From positions 704,001 through 768,000 of the forward strand of contig CAWCIZ010000003.1 of NCBI GenBank assembly GCA_963795855.1: a stretch of 64,000 nt of DNA, in the 5' to 3' direction. The stretch comes from Vulcanimicrobiota bacterium. GTDB taxonomy: Bacteria > Vulcanimicrobiota > Vulcanimicrobiia > Vulcanimicrobiales > Vulcanimicrobiaceae. A program made the translations under genes and the position numbers. A model generated the notes under the pieces. The model saw only the letters and a program-made list of their open reading frames with translations, did no database searches and was not told where the DNA came from. Of the stretch, positions 41,006 through 52,166 are shown piece by piece (position 1 is the stretch's first letter; each line of letters opens with the position of its first letter).

Positions 41006-42327
41006 TGGCTGCCGCAGTACCGTCCGTCGAACGCTTTGCCCAGCCGGTGCGCCGCGCGCTTCAAGGCGACTTCATGCGCCACGGCGCGCTGGTTTTCGGC
41101 GCGACGATGGCCGGAAACGTGTTGAACTATCTGTTCAATTTCGCTTTGAGCCGCCGCCTTGGCGTTGAAGGCTTTGCCACGCTTTCTTCGCTCGTCAGCT
41201 TCATCATGGTGTTCTCGATACCGGCGTCGATTCTGACGCTGATCGTCGTGAAGTACACCGCGACGTTCCACGCCGCCGATGATTCCCAGCGAGTCCGGCG
41301 TCTTTCGCAAGTACTGCTGAAGTGGACGAGCATCGCCGCGGTCATCGCTTTCGGAATCGGCGTTTCGCTCAGCGGCGAGGTTTCGGGCTTCCTTCGCATT
41401 CCGCGCGATGCTGCCGTACCGCTGTGCTTGGCGATCTTGGCGCTGAGCTTCATCACGCCGAGCGTTCGCGCGATTCTGCAAGGCGAGCAAGACTTCGTGC
41501 GCTACTCCATCTCGATGGTGCTGGAGATCTTCCTCAAAGTGCTGATGGCGGTGGCGCTGGTGTACGGCGGATTCGGCGTCACCGGCGCGATGTTCGGCTG
41601 GCTCGGCGGCATCGTCATCGCGCTCGCATACACCGTTTGGGCGGTTATGCGCAAACACGGATCCGTTCCGGGCAAAGACGTGCATCTTTCGCTGGATGTG
41701 CGCCGCCTCGTTCGAACAAGTGCCGGCGTCGGATTGGCCAGCGCGCTGCTGATCGTGCTGAGTTTCATGGACGTCATGCTCGTCAAGCATTACTTCGATC
41801 CGCATCAAGCGGGGCTGTACGCGGCCGTGAATTTGACCGGCAAGGTCGTGCTGTTTCTCGCGGGATTCGTTCCGGCCGTCGTGCTGCCCAAGGCTATCGC
41901 GAAGACTACGCGCGGCGAAAATGCGCTTCCGATGCTGCTGCAAGCGATGGCCGTTACTATTTCGCTGTCCGGAGCGGCAGCATGCGTGTTCGGCGCGCTG
42001 TCATACGCCGTCGTGCGGGTCATAGCGGGCCACGACTTCGTCTCGGCTGCGCCGTACGTGTTTCAATACGACGTTGCGATGGCGCTGCTCGCCATCGTGA
42101 CGGTGCTGGTGAACTACCGGATCGGTATTCACCGCTTCGACTTCCTCTACGGGCTGGTAGCCGTTCTCGTCTTCGAAGTCGGCTCCATCGTGGCATTCCA
42201 CAACTCACTCTGGGATGTGATTCACATCCTGCTCTTCGGAAATGCGCTTGCGATCGGTGCGTGCTGCCTCGGCTTGGGGCGGCGCGGCACAGTCCCCACG
42301 GCGCACGGGGTTCCCGAACATGCTTAG
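41005..42327 (+). CDS. Wzx-like oligosaccharide flippase
   Basis: GNVLNYLFNFALSRRLG..GF, DVMLVKHYF....AGLYAA..LTGK; about 12 TM. Confidence 0.8.
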   Translation: MAAAVPSVERFAQPVRRALQGDFMRHGALVFGATMAGNVLNYLFNFALSRRLGVEGFATLSSLVSFIMVFSIPASILTLIVVKYTATFHAADDSQRVRRLSQVLLKWTSIAAVIAFGIGVSLSGEVSGFLRIPRDAAVPLCLAILALSFITPSVRAILQGEQDFVRYSISMVLEIFLKVLMAVALVYGGFGVTGAMFGWLGGIVIALAYTVWAVMRKHGSVPGKDVHLSLDVRRLVRTSAGVGLASALLIVLSFMDVMLVKHYFDPHQAGLYAAVNLTGKVVLFLAGFVPAVVLPKAIAKTTRGENALPMLLQAMAVTISLSGAAACVFGALSYAVVRVIAGHDFVSAAPYVFQYDVAMALLAIVTVLVNYRIGIHRFDFLYGLVAVLVFEVGSIVAFHNSLWDVIHILLFGNALAIGACCLGLGRRGTVPTAHGVPEHA

Positions 42328-43234
42328 CGGTAAGCTCTCCGTCATCATGCCGGCTTACAATGAAGCCGAATTCATCGAAAGCAACGTCAGGGAAACCGTC
42401 GAAACCCTCTCGTCGTTCGGATATGACTTCGAAGTCATCGTCGTCGACGACGGCAGCCCCGACTTCACGCATCTTTCAGCGCTACGCGCGCGCTTGCATT
42501 ACCCAAATCGCGTGCGGGTCGTGCGCTACGACGACAACCAAGGCAAAGGCAACGCGCTCATCTGCGGCGTCTCCTATGCGACGGGCAGATACATCGCTTT
42601 TCTGGACGCGGATATGGATCTGCATCCGCAGCAGTTGCCGCTTTTCCTGGAACTGCTCGAAACGAAGAATGCCGACGCCGTGATCGGTTCCAAGTGGCAT
42701 CCGAATTCGAACGTCGGCTACCCCGCGCTGCGGCGCCTCTACAGCCGCGCGTATTACGCGCTGATTTGGCTGCTGTTCGGTCTACCGGTTCGCGACACGC
42801 AAACCGGCATCAAGGTCTTTCGATCGGACGTGCTTCGACGCGTTTTTCCGCGCGTGCTCGTGAAGCGCTTCGCGTTCGACATCGAAGTGCTGGCGAATGC
42901 CCAGCGCCTTGGCTATCGCATTACCGAAGCGCCCGTAACGCTCGAATTTCGGCGGAAGCTCGGGCGCATAAAAGCAGGCGACGTCTATCGCATGTTCCTG
43001 GACACTCTCGCGATCTTTTATCGCATGAAGATTCTGCGCTACTACGACAGCGCCGATTCGGGCTTCCGATTTGCGGAGCCCGTGGGCATGCGTGAGCTCG
43101 ATTCAGCGAACTCGCGCCGGCGAGCGCTCGCGACTTCGACTTGGTCTAACGAAGCAGTGAAGGACCTGACCGAGCTCGGCGATCGGTACGGTCGGTCGTC
43201 GTATTACTGCTGCCCGGCCTCGGTGACGCGATGA
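42320..43234 (+). CDS. Glycosyltransferase family 2 (DPM1-like); 3' end uncertain
   Basis: SVIMPAYNEA, VVDDGSPD, NQGKGNA, FLDADMDL, DTQTGIKVF, FAFDIEVL. Confidence 0.85.
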   Translation: MLSGKLSVIMPAYNEAEFIESNVRETVETLSSFGYDFEVIVVDDGSPDFTHLSALRARLHYPNRVRVVRYDDNQGKGNALICGVSYATGRYIAFLDADMDLHPQQLPLFLELLETKNADAVIGSKWHPNSNVGYPALRRLYSRAYYALIWLLFGLPVRDTQTGIKVFRSDVLRRVFPRVLVKRFAFDIEVLANAQRLGYRITEAPVTLEFRRKLGRIKAGDVYRMFLDTLAIFYRMKILRYYDSADSGFRFAEPVGMRELDSANSRRRALATSTWSNEAVKDLTELGDRYGRSSYYCCPASVTR

Positions 43235-44256
43235 CCGCGAGCTCGCTGTTGCGCCGCCTCGTGGAGTCGCGACCCGATTTGGACGCGGTCACAATGCTTG
43301 AGCCGGTGCGCGAATACGCGAGCGCGCTTGGGATCTTTCGAGACGTGCACCAGTTGCCGCTGCTTTCCTCGCCGGTTGCAGCGGTTGCGCCGTTGCTGAA
43401 GTTGCGCGGCAAATACGACGTCTGCGTCGTCCCGTTTCCCGCCACGCGCTGGCAGTACGCAGCGGTAGCAGCGCTGATCGGCGCGCGCCATACGTACATC
43501 CACGAATACGGCGGATTCTCGCACCTCTTGGCTTCGCTCACGCGTCGCGCGACGTTCGTCCCGCTGCGCGGCGGCCACCGCGTCGCCGAAAACGATCGTC
43601 TCGCTTCGGCGATGCGGCTCCCGGGCGGTATGCAGCCGGAGTATCTCGTTCCGGCGGCGTGGGCGGCTCCGCGCGCGTCCGGATTGGTCGGCATGCATAC
43701 GGGTTCGATGATCTACAAAGGGAATGAAGCGCGGCGCTGGCCGTTCGAGCGCTTCGTGCAGCTCATCCGCGAGCAGGCGCTGGAAAAAAACCGGCGGGTG
43801 CGCGTATTCATCGGCCCCAATGAAGAGCGCGATCGGGACCGCCTGAGCGCCGAATTCGGCGACGCAATCGAGTTCGTGCAACTGCCGCTCGCGCAAGCAG
43901 CGCGGGCGCTGAGCGAGTGCGAGGTTTTCGTCGGCAACGATGCCGGGCTCGCACACCTCGCCGCGGGCTTAGGCGTGAAGACCATCGCGCTCTTCGGCAT
44001 GACGAATCCGCTTCGAGCAACGCCCGTCGGGCCGGCGATTGCGCTGCGCCCGTCGGCTTGTCCGGCGTGTCACGACGAAGGTATGCGGGATTTTCGGTGC
44101 GCGCTGAAGATTGAATACCGTTGCATGAACGACGATTTCCCGGCGGAAGCGGTTTCGCGTGCCGTCGACGCCGCCCTGACAGGTCCGCTTCCCGTCTTCG
44201 AGCCGGTCCCGGAGTCCGAATTCCGCATGTACGGCCGCGCGCGCCAAGCGACTTGA
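43157..44256 (+). CDS. Glycosyltransferase family 9 (heptosyltransferase-like); N-terminal frameshift likely
   Basis: VVVLLLPGLGDAMTASSLL upstream of ATG 43231, RRWPFERF, FVGNDAGLAHLAAGLG..TIALFG, CPAC. Confidence 0.82.
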
Positions 44257-45416
44257 TGACGAGCAGATTCAAAGCCTTTGCCACCATGAACGGCGTCGAG
44301 GGCCAAGGTGGTACGCCCGGCGTGTCGGGCGGCGACGTGCGCCTGATGACCATCTTGAAATTGCTCGGCGATCGCGTGGATTTCACGCTGAGCACGACGC
44401 CTATGGGCCGCGAACTCTGCCGTTTGAACGGCGTGCGCGCAAACTATCGCGTCATGCACACGAGCGACAAGCCGGGGATTCTCGGCAATCTCGAACGCGT
44501 TATCTCGAGCTGCGCCAACGTACCCAAAGAGCATTTCGATCTCGCGTATTCGGGCGGCGAACATCTGTATGACGTGCTGCCGGCCGCGTTGCTGCGGATT
44601 TTTCGGCGCGTGCCTTGGGTGGCATTGGTGCACTGGGTGGAAGAGTACCCTTGGCGCGACAAACGCGGCGGGACACCCCCGCTTCACCGGTATTTGTACT
44701 GGCTCAATCGCGTTGCCGCAATGCTGCTCGTGAAATGCTTTGCAGATCGCGTGCTCGCCGTTTCCGAATCGACGAGAGTGAAACTCATCGCATCGCGAGG
44801 CTTCGCTCCGCAGCGCGTCGGCACGGTGCTCTGCGGATTGGATCTTGCTTCGGCCACCGCCGTGCGCGATTCGACCGCGCCGAAAGTCTACGACGCGATC
44901 TTCATGAAGCGCTTGAATTTCGGCAAAGGCGTCCGCGATCTGATCGAGATTTGGGACTACGTCGTGCAGGCGCGACCGCAAGCGCGGTTGCAAGTCCTCG
45001 GCTCGGGACCGCCGGGGGTCGTCGACGAAATTCGCGGCCTCATCCAAGCGAAGGATCTCTCGAAGAGCATCGATCTCGTCGGCGTCGTGCACGACCCTGC
45101 CGAGAAACGCTCGCGACTTGCAAGCTCGTCGGTATTCGTGTTGCCATCGCATGAGGAAAACTGGGCGATCGTCATCGGCGAAGCGCTTGCGTCGGGTTTA
45201 CCGGTCGTGGCGTACGATCTCAAAGAAATTCGGCCGCTGTGGGGCGAGCGCGTGCAGTGGATTCCCCTCGGCGACACCCGCGCATTCGCGCAGCGAGTGC
45301 TGGACCTGCTCGAGCGGCCGCGCCGGGTACCACTCGATGATTTTTTGAAGAGTCTGGACTGGAGCCGCATCGCCGAGAACGAGTACGCGGAGATGGCACG
45401 ATTCGCGCGAACGTAA
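44256..45416 (+). CDS. Glycosyltransferase family 4
   Basis: AVSEST, RLNFGKGV.DLI, FVLPSHEENWAIVIGEALASGLPVVAYD. Confidence 0.85.
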   Translation: MTSRFKAFATMNGVEGQGGTPGVSGGDVRLMTILKLLGDRVDFTLSTTPMGRELCRLNGVRANYRVMHTSDKPGILGNLERVISSCANVPKEHFDLAYSGGEHLYDVLPAALLRIFRRVPWVALVHWVEEYPWRDKRGGTPPLHRYLYWLNRVAAMLLVKCFADRVLAVSESTRVKLIASRGFAPQRVGTVLCGLDLASATAVRDSTAPKVYDAIFMKRLNFGKGVRDLIEIWDYVVQARPQARLQVLGSGPPGVVDEIRGLIQAKDLSKSIDLVGVVHDPAEKRSRLASSSVFVLPSHEENWAIVIGEALASGLPVVAYDLKEIRPLWGERVQWIPLGDTRAFAQRVLDLLERPRRVPLDDFLKSLDWSRIAENEYAEMARFART

Positions 45417-48400
45417 TGCGCGCGGCTGTTGCGAACCGCGAACGCCTGGGAAGCATCAGCGGGCTGGCCGCCATCGCCATGATTGCGACGCTCGCTTTCG
45501 GCAGCGGTCTCATTCTCGGCGACAGCGATGCGCGTTTGCATCTCGATCCGCTCAAATTCATCGCGCAGTCTGCGATACAGCTGGGATCCGACCTCGTTTC
45601 TTGGTTTCGACGGCGGATCCGAGCAGCTGTACCTGACACCCTACACTTGGCTGTATGGGCTGCTGGCGCTTATCCACGTTTCGCCGGGCTTCTCGCAGCG
45701 CATCGTGATGTTCGCGATTTATCTGGCATGCGCGTGCGCGATGTACTGGTGCTTGCGAACGATTCCGCCGCGCGTCGGTCGTCTGCCCGCGCTTTTCGGA
45801 GCGGCGGTCTTCACATGGAATCCGTATGTCGCTTTCAACTCGCAGGGCTCATCGGTCATGCTGCTTTCGTACGCAGCGTTGCCGCTCCTGATCGCCCTCC
45901 TGTACCTCACCGTTTCGGGCGCGCTCGATCTCTACGTCGGAGCGGTGTTCATCGCGATAACGGTGTTTTTTGCCAGCGGCGTGAACCCGCCGCTGCTGGC
46001 AATCGACGTCATCATATGCGCCGCGTACGCAGTCGTGCTGTTTCTGACGTTCGCCGGCCGGCGGCGGGTTGCGGCCAAACGCATCGCCGCCATAAGCGTG
46101 CTCGGCGTGCTCGCGACGGTCGTGGTAAATCTGTACTGGATCGTCCCGTTTTTCGATTACTTTCGCACCGTATGGATTGGCGGCGTGCTGGTCGAGCCGC
46201 AGAGCATGCATAATGCAGACACTTCGTTCTTCAACGTACTGCGCGGTTTCGGGCAGTGGGCGATCTTCCAGGGTGACGACCGAGGTCCATACTATGCATG
46301 GGCGCCGCCGTTTGCTCAAGGTTTGTTCTACGTCATCGCTTGCGTGGTGCCGGCCCTGGCGCTCCTTGCGCCCGTGCACAAGCGGAATCAAAACGCGACC
46401 GCCGCGCTGTTTCTCCTTACGCTTGCAATTTCCGTGCCGCTCGTTGTGGGCGATTACTCCGGCGCGATCGGCCCCGCATTGACGTCGCCTGCCTATACGT
46501 TTCTCTTCGCGCACGTTCCGGGATTTCAAATCTTCCGCTCCGTGTACAAGTGGGTTGAGGGCGTGGAATTCGGCGTAGCCGGGCTTTTCGCGCTGCAGGC
46601 TGAAGCGCTTCTCGCGCTCGCGCAGGCGTGGGACAGACCACGCTGGGGCGCCGCGCTGCGAGCGTGGACGATTGCAGGCGCCGTCGGCTTGCTGCTCTTC
46701 GGTTTCTCCCCGATGCTCTCCGGGAAATTCAATCGCGCGGAAGAGCCGATACCGGCATGGTTTCACAGCGCGAAAGCGGTTCTTGGACCGGCGCAGGACT
46801 CGCGCGTTGCGCTGTTTCCAAGCCAGTATCTGGAAACGTACGTCTGGGGCGATCCGATTTACTACATCGAACAGGGCTTCATCCCGAACGATTTGATTTA
46901 CGGTTATCTCGGCAGCGCGCCGAGCGAAGGTGCCGACGCGTGGCTCAAGCGAGCCTATCGCGACGCACGCATGGGCGATCCGCGCGCCGCGGATATCTTT
47001 CGCTTCTTGAACGTCGGTCAAATTTTGCAGCGCGACGACTTCCGCAGCGAAGCCGACTTCTCGTTCGGCGGCGCGATAGTGCGAACGAACACGTCGCTTT
47101 CGCATTACATTGCCGCTCACGTTCTGGGCGCTGCGCCGTACCGTTCGATCGGCGCGCTCCGTTCGTACGATCTCGCGCAGCCCGTTCCGCTGCTTTTCGG
47201 CGCGCGCCGGTCTGTGATATCCGGTGACAGCTTGCGCCTTTTCGCGACCAAGGCGGATCCGGCGTTTCTCGCACGTTCGGGCGTTGCGATCGACGCGGAC
47301 GGTTTGACGGTTGCACAGTTGCGTGAAGCGCGCCGCGACGGCGCAGCGCTCGATCGCAGCGTCGCGCGCGACGTGGCCGCGCTTTCCTTGTCCGCAGCGC
47401 ATATTTCGACGACCACCACGCCTGATGGAGTCTGTCGTGCAGCTCCGCGATCGGGCCTGTATCACGTGTCGGTCGAAAACGGCGGAATTCCCCTGAAGTC
47501 AGGACGCCTGCGCGTGCATATCGATCGACGCGCCATCACCGTCGTGCGCCGCGGATCCGGATCGTGGCTAGATTTCGGCGACGTTCGCCTCGCGCGCGGC
47601 AAGCACGTCATTCACATGGATGCTTCCGTTCAGCCGGGTTTTCTGCAAATCGTGCCCAGCGCGCTGTGGCGCGATCGGGTCGATGAGGTGGCGCGCATGT
47701 CGGCGCGCGGATCGTCACAGGTGCAGGCTGCGCAGCTCGCTCGCCGTGCGTAACGACGCCGACGCGTTCATTCCCGCGAAGTTCGCGATTGCATCGGCAA
47801 ATCGCACCGGCATCGTTCCACGCGTGGCGAACGGCGAGTCCGTCGAGCTGCCGGCATTCAATGGGCGCGGAACGGCAACGACGGATCCCGCGCTTCTGCC
47901 GAAAGCTTGGTACGAGCACGCGCAAACGTTCGATTGGAACAGAGGTGAGGAGATGTCGTGGACGCTGCTGGCGCGTTCCGCGGACTTCAGCGTCTTCAAT
48001 CCGAAAAATCGGCAAACGCGCGCCGTGCTGAGAATGCGGTTCTCCGCGGTCGGTTCGCGCGTTCGCGTGCGCGTTTTCGTGAACGGCCGGGATGCAGGCG
48101 CCGCGATCGTGCGCGGCGCACCGCTAGCGTTGCAAATGCCGGCGCAGCCGTCGCATTTTGCCCAATTCGTGCGCTATCCGCTCCCGCTAACCGTCCGGCT
48201 AGCGTTGAAGCCGGGCGTGAATCGGGTGACTTTCATGCTGACGGGATCGCAGGGCATCTCGACGCAGCGCATCGCGGAACGGAGCATCGGTAAGCCGATC
48301 GTTGCACTCGCCGGTATTCTTGGCAGTCCGGTCTTTCTCGTCAGCGGCATAGGCTCTGAAAAAATGTCCGCGGCGCTTCCTGCGCCGGCCGTTCGCAGAT

Positions 48401-49101
48401 CGCGCGGGTCGTACGTGTTCGTTGTTGGAAAACGCCTGGGCGCGATTACGATTCCGCTTTCGACGTCGTTAGCCGGCGATCCGCATCTCGTCGGTCGTAT
48501 CGTGCGTTCGGGTAAGAATGCAAGAGCGTGGCTTCTTGTCTGGACCGCTTCGCGCTTGCGTACCGGACTCGTTCGCTCGCATATCGTGCCCTTGCCGCCG
48601 GGCGCTTTCGACTATTCGATCGCTCAGCATCTTGCGAATTCGTTCGATGATTCCGGCGCACGAATTGCCGGTGCGTCCCTCGTCTTGGAAGACGGCCGGT
48701 TCATCGCCACCGGCGTCGGCATCACGCGACTGACGCTTGCAAACGGTTCAAACGCGCCACCGAAGCGGTTTCCCACTGTGTGTCTGAAAACGCGGCGCGA
48801 ATCGCCGGTAGCGCTTCAAGCGGACGCGTGCGCTGCGACGCCGCCGTTCATCCTGGTTTTCGGCGAATCGTATCATCCCGAATGGAGTGCGAGCTTGGAC
48901 GGCCGCACGCTCACGCACGTGCAGGTGAACGGGTTCGAAAATGGCTGGCTCGTGCCGAGCCTTCGATCGGGTCAGCGCATTTCGCTCGCCTTTCTCGCGC
49001 AACGGCGGTTCGACCGCGCGTGCGCCATCTCGATCGCCGGCGCCGTGCTGTGCTTGCTGGTATTGTTTTTCCGGCGGCGGCGAATCGTCGTATGCGCGTA
49101 G
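45416..49101 (+). CDS. Very large GT-C-like membrane protein (AftD/DUF3367-like N-terminus, YfhO-like C-terminus); frameshifts ~45570 and ~47740
   Basis: SWDP, FTWNPY, YAALPLL, VNLYWIVP, NVLRGFGQW, FRSVYKW, RVALFP, LQRDD; C-terminal FGESYHPEWSA..VNGFENGW followed by a TM. Confidence 0.65.
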
Positions 49102-49262
49102 CGCTCTGCGCCTTTGCGGTATTCGCATGCGTGTTGCTGTTCGGAGCCGCGTTCCTTCCTGAGGTGCCCCGAGAGGCGTTTGCGACCGCTGCGTACGTCA
49201 TCGTCGTCGCGCTTGCAGTGGGTGTGCTTGGGCTTGCGGCCGTCAAACGTGAAAAAGAGTAG
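49092..49262 (+). CDS. Small two-TM membrane protein (56 aa)
   Basis: MRVALCAFAVFACVLLFGAAFLPEVPREAFATAAYVIVVALAVGVLGLAAVKREKE overlaps both neighbours. Confidence 0.55.
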   Translation: MRVALCAFAVFACVLLFGAAFLPEVPREAFATAAYVIVVALAVGVLGLAAVKREKE

Positions 49263-51480
49263 ACCCGGATACGCGCTGTCGGCCGCATGCGCCGTCATTG
49301 GCCTTCTTTTTGCATATCACGTTTGCCGGAACGGCATACCCGCTTTGCGTCACGATTGGCAGTGGCCGCTTACCCGATCCGAGTTTTTCATCAGCATGCT
49401 GAACTCGGTGAGCGGCTGGATCGCGTCGGGGTTCGGACAGCCGCAGACCTATCCGAGCAATTACGTCATCGACATTCCGCTCACGCTTTTTGCCGCCGTT
49501 GCCGGCGCGTACGGAGCGCTGATCCTGACGGCCTTTCTGATTGGATTTGCGGTGAGCCGCGGAGCCGCCGCAGTCTGCGAAGCATTCGGATCGGCGATAT
49601 GGCCGGCGCTCATCGCCGCTTTGTTTGCAACGTTCAACCCGTGGGTTTACACGGAAGTCGTTGCCGGCCACATGCTGATGGTGCTTTCTTACGGCGGGTT
49701 ACTGTTTTTGCTGGCGGCGCTGGTTCGCGAAACCGAGCCGCGGACCAAAGCGTGGCCGCTGCTGATCGCGTTTCAACAGTTGCAACTTTTTGCGGTCGCG
49801 ATCCTGGCGCTCTTGATCTTCATGAAACAACGCAAAACATATCGCGCTCTAGGCGTCGCCGTGCTCTTGAGTTTGCCGATTGCCATCGGCATGCTGCTCG
49901 GCGCGCGCTCGCTGCTCGCTACGCCATACACGCTGAGTTGGCAAGCAACGAACTCGGTCGCGTTTCCGAAAGCGCTCGTGCTGCTGGGCTATTTCTCGCC
50001 GTATGCCGATCGCATCGGCTTGCCGCTCGTCGTCGCGATGTGCGCGGTCGCTGCCGCCGCGCTCTGGGCCATTCCCGAGTCGCGTATGGCAAAGTCGACG
50101 CTCTGGGCGGCAGTTCTCGGTATTGCGGCGGCGCTGTTCTCGGCCGGCGTGAAGGGGCCGCTGCAGCACGTGTACGCGTCGCTCGTGGTGCTTTCACCAC
50201 TGACCGGTTTTTATCGCGAACTGTACGACGTGCTGGCGGTTGCGGCGATCTGCTACGTGGTGCTTCTAGCGCAGGTGCGCCACCCCGCCGCGATCGCCGT
50301 CGGCGGCGCAGCCGCGGCGACATTGGCGGTGCTGTGGTTCTTGTACCCGCCTTCGGCGTTATGGCTGAACGATCGCGCGATCGCGCACGCACGGGTCGAC
50401 GCGCTTCCCGGCGCGCGGTACGCGCTGTTTCCCGCGTATCAGCCATTGACGTACGGCGGCCAAGGCAGCGGCGTCGATCCCGACGCGCGGTATCGAGCGA
50501 ATGGAGCCGCGCCGCTGAACGAGTATCTCGCAACGTATCCCGCGGTGAAAGCGCTTTCCGATTTTGCACTGCGGGGCGACTCGAGCGGTTTGGCCGATCT
50601 CGGCGTATCATTCGTCGCGTGCCGCCCGTACTTGGAAACGAGCCGCGTTGCCGTGTTCGCGCTGCGAGGTAATGCCGGTTCGCATCGCACCGGCTGCGGC
50701 GCGCCGCTCAGGAATTTCATTCCGCTCGTCGCCCTGGGCGCCGTACCGCAGATTACCGGCGATCCGGCGGAACTTGGCGCCGGTGACGTATTTGTCGGCG
50801 ATGCGCTGCAGGGCACGGTGATGCCCCCGACTGCCGCGCGGTCGTCTGCCGATCCCTCGCACGGCTGGGTCGACGCGCGATCGCTTTTTGCGACGAATCC
50901 GGAGCTTGCGCAGGGCGTGGGCGGCGTCGCGACTCAATCGCAGGTGACGCTTGCGCTCGACAAGTCGCCCGGTTCGTTCATCCTTGCCTATGTCGACGGA
51001 CGGCTTTTCAATGGCAATGCGGATTTGCACGTGCCGCAGCGCCGCTATTCGTGGATAAGGATATCGCAACGGCAGGATTGGTTGCGCTGCTCGGGCCTAT
51101 GCGTGGTTGCAGCGGTTTCCGCGATGCGGCGAGCGCCAGCCCGGGCAGCAAGACGGCAAGCGTGGCGAACTCTCGCGTCCCGCCGGCCCTTGCCATGGCT
51201 GGCGACCGCAAGCGTGCCACCGGGAAAAGCCGCTGTTCTGCGCCTCAATGTGCGCTATAATGCCGGATGGCAGGCTTGGTCGCCCGGCGGGCTGCACACA
51301 TCGCACGTGCGGCTCGACACCATCGCGAACGGCTGGATACTCCCGCAAAGACGCGTCACACGGCTGGTCTTTCTGGTACACGTGCCTTCGCTGGTGCAAG
51401 CGCTGACGGAGATTCTGTCTTTAGCAGCGCTCATTTGGTTATTCATGAAACCTCGCGAATCGAACGAGCAAACGAAGTGA
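49249..51480 (+). CDS. Large GT-C-like membrane protein
   Basis: HDWQWP, ATFNPWVY...VAGH, FYRELYD, C-terminal RYNAGWQA..DTIANGW followed by a TM; same layout as the upstream protein. Confidence 0.65.
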   Translation: MKKSRPGYALSAACAVIGLLFAYHVCRNGIPALRHDWQWPLTRSEFFISMLNSVSGWIASGFGQPQTYPSNYVIDIPLTLFAAVAGAYGALILTAFLIGFAVSRGAAAVCEAFGSAIWPALIAALFATFNPWVYTEVVAGHMLMVLSYGGLLFLLAALVRETEPRTKAWPLLIAFQQLQLFAVAILALLIFMKQRKTYRALGVAVLLSLPIAIGMLLGARSLLATPYTLSWQATNSVAFPKALVLLGYFSPYADRIGLPLVVAMCAVAAAALWAIPESRMAKSTLWAAVLGIAAALFSAGVKGPLQHVYASLVVLSPLTGFYRELYDVLAVAAICYVVLLAQVRHPAAIAVGGAAAATLAVLWFLYPPSALWLNDRAIAHARVDALPGARYALFPAYQPLTYGGQGSGVDPDARYRANGAAPLNEYLATYPAVKALSDFALRGDSSGLADLGVSFVACRPYLETSRVAVFALRGNAGSHRTGCGAPLRNFIPLVALGAVPQITGDPAELGAGDVFVGDALQGTVMPPTAARSSADPSHGWVDARSLFATNPELAQGVGGVATQSQVTLALDKSPGSFILAYVDGRLFNGNADLHVPQRRYSWIRISQRQDWLRCSGLCVVAAVSAMRRAPARAARRQAWRTLASRRPLPWLATASVPPGKAAVLRLNVRYNAGWQAWSPGGLHTSHVRLDTIANGWILPQRRVTRLVFLVHVPSLVQALTEILSLAALIWLFMKPRESNEQTK

Positions 51481-52163
51481 TGGGTGTAGCACAAGAGCCG
51501 AAGACGCAATCGAGTCACTTGAGCGAGCGGTACAGCTGCGAATATCGCTACTCCGTGGCTGACGCGCATCGCATGCGTGAAGCCATTGCCATGATTGGCC
51601 GAGGGAAGCGAGTCTTGGACGTCGGTGCGTACGACGGTCAGCTCACGCAGCAGATTGCGGCGGCTGGAAACGATGCCGTCGCGATGGACGCATCGGAACG
51701 AGCGCTCGAACTTGCAAAAGGCCGCGGATTGCAGACGGTTCACGGCGACGTTACCGCGAGGTGGCCGGTGGCCGACGCGGCGTTCGACGCCGTCTTCGCC
51801 GGCGAAATCATCGAGCACGTGATCGATACCGATTTTTTTCTCGATGAAGCTCGCCGCGTCCTCAAGGCGGGGGGCACGCTGATCATTACAACGCCGAACA
51901 TTGCGTCGCTTGCGCGGCGCGTTCTGCTGCTGTGCGGCGTGAGTCCGTGGATCGATACGGCGCTCCGGCGCGACCAAGCCGGTCACGTCCGGTATTTTAC
52001 GCGTGCAACGCTCAAGCATCTGGTCGAAGAGCACGCCTTCCACGTCGAGCGCATGGCAGGCGACTTCGTCAACATAACGTCGAGCGGTAAAGGCAGCGCG
52101 TTCCTCGCGTCCGCTTTTCCTCAGCTCGCACGCTGCATCGTGCTCTGCGCGAGAGCCCGTTAG
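51480..52163 (+). CDS. Class I SAM-dependent methyltransferase
   Basis: VLDVGAYDG, FDAVFAGEIIEHV, RVLKAGG.LIITTPN. Confidence 0.88.
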   Translation: MGVAQEPKTQSSHLSERYSCEYRYSVADAHRMREAIAMIGRGKRVLDVGAYDGQLTQQIAAAGNDAVAMDASERALELAKGRGLQTVHGDVTARWPVADAAFDAVFAGEIIEHVIDTDFFLDEARRVLKAGGTLIITTPNIASLARRVLLLCGVSPWIDTALRRDQAGHVRYFTRATLKHLVEEHAFHVERMAGDFVNITSSGKGSAFLASAFPQLARCIVLCARAR

Positions 52164-52166
52164 GCC

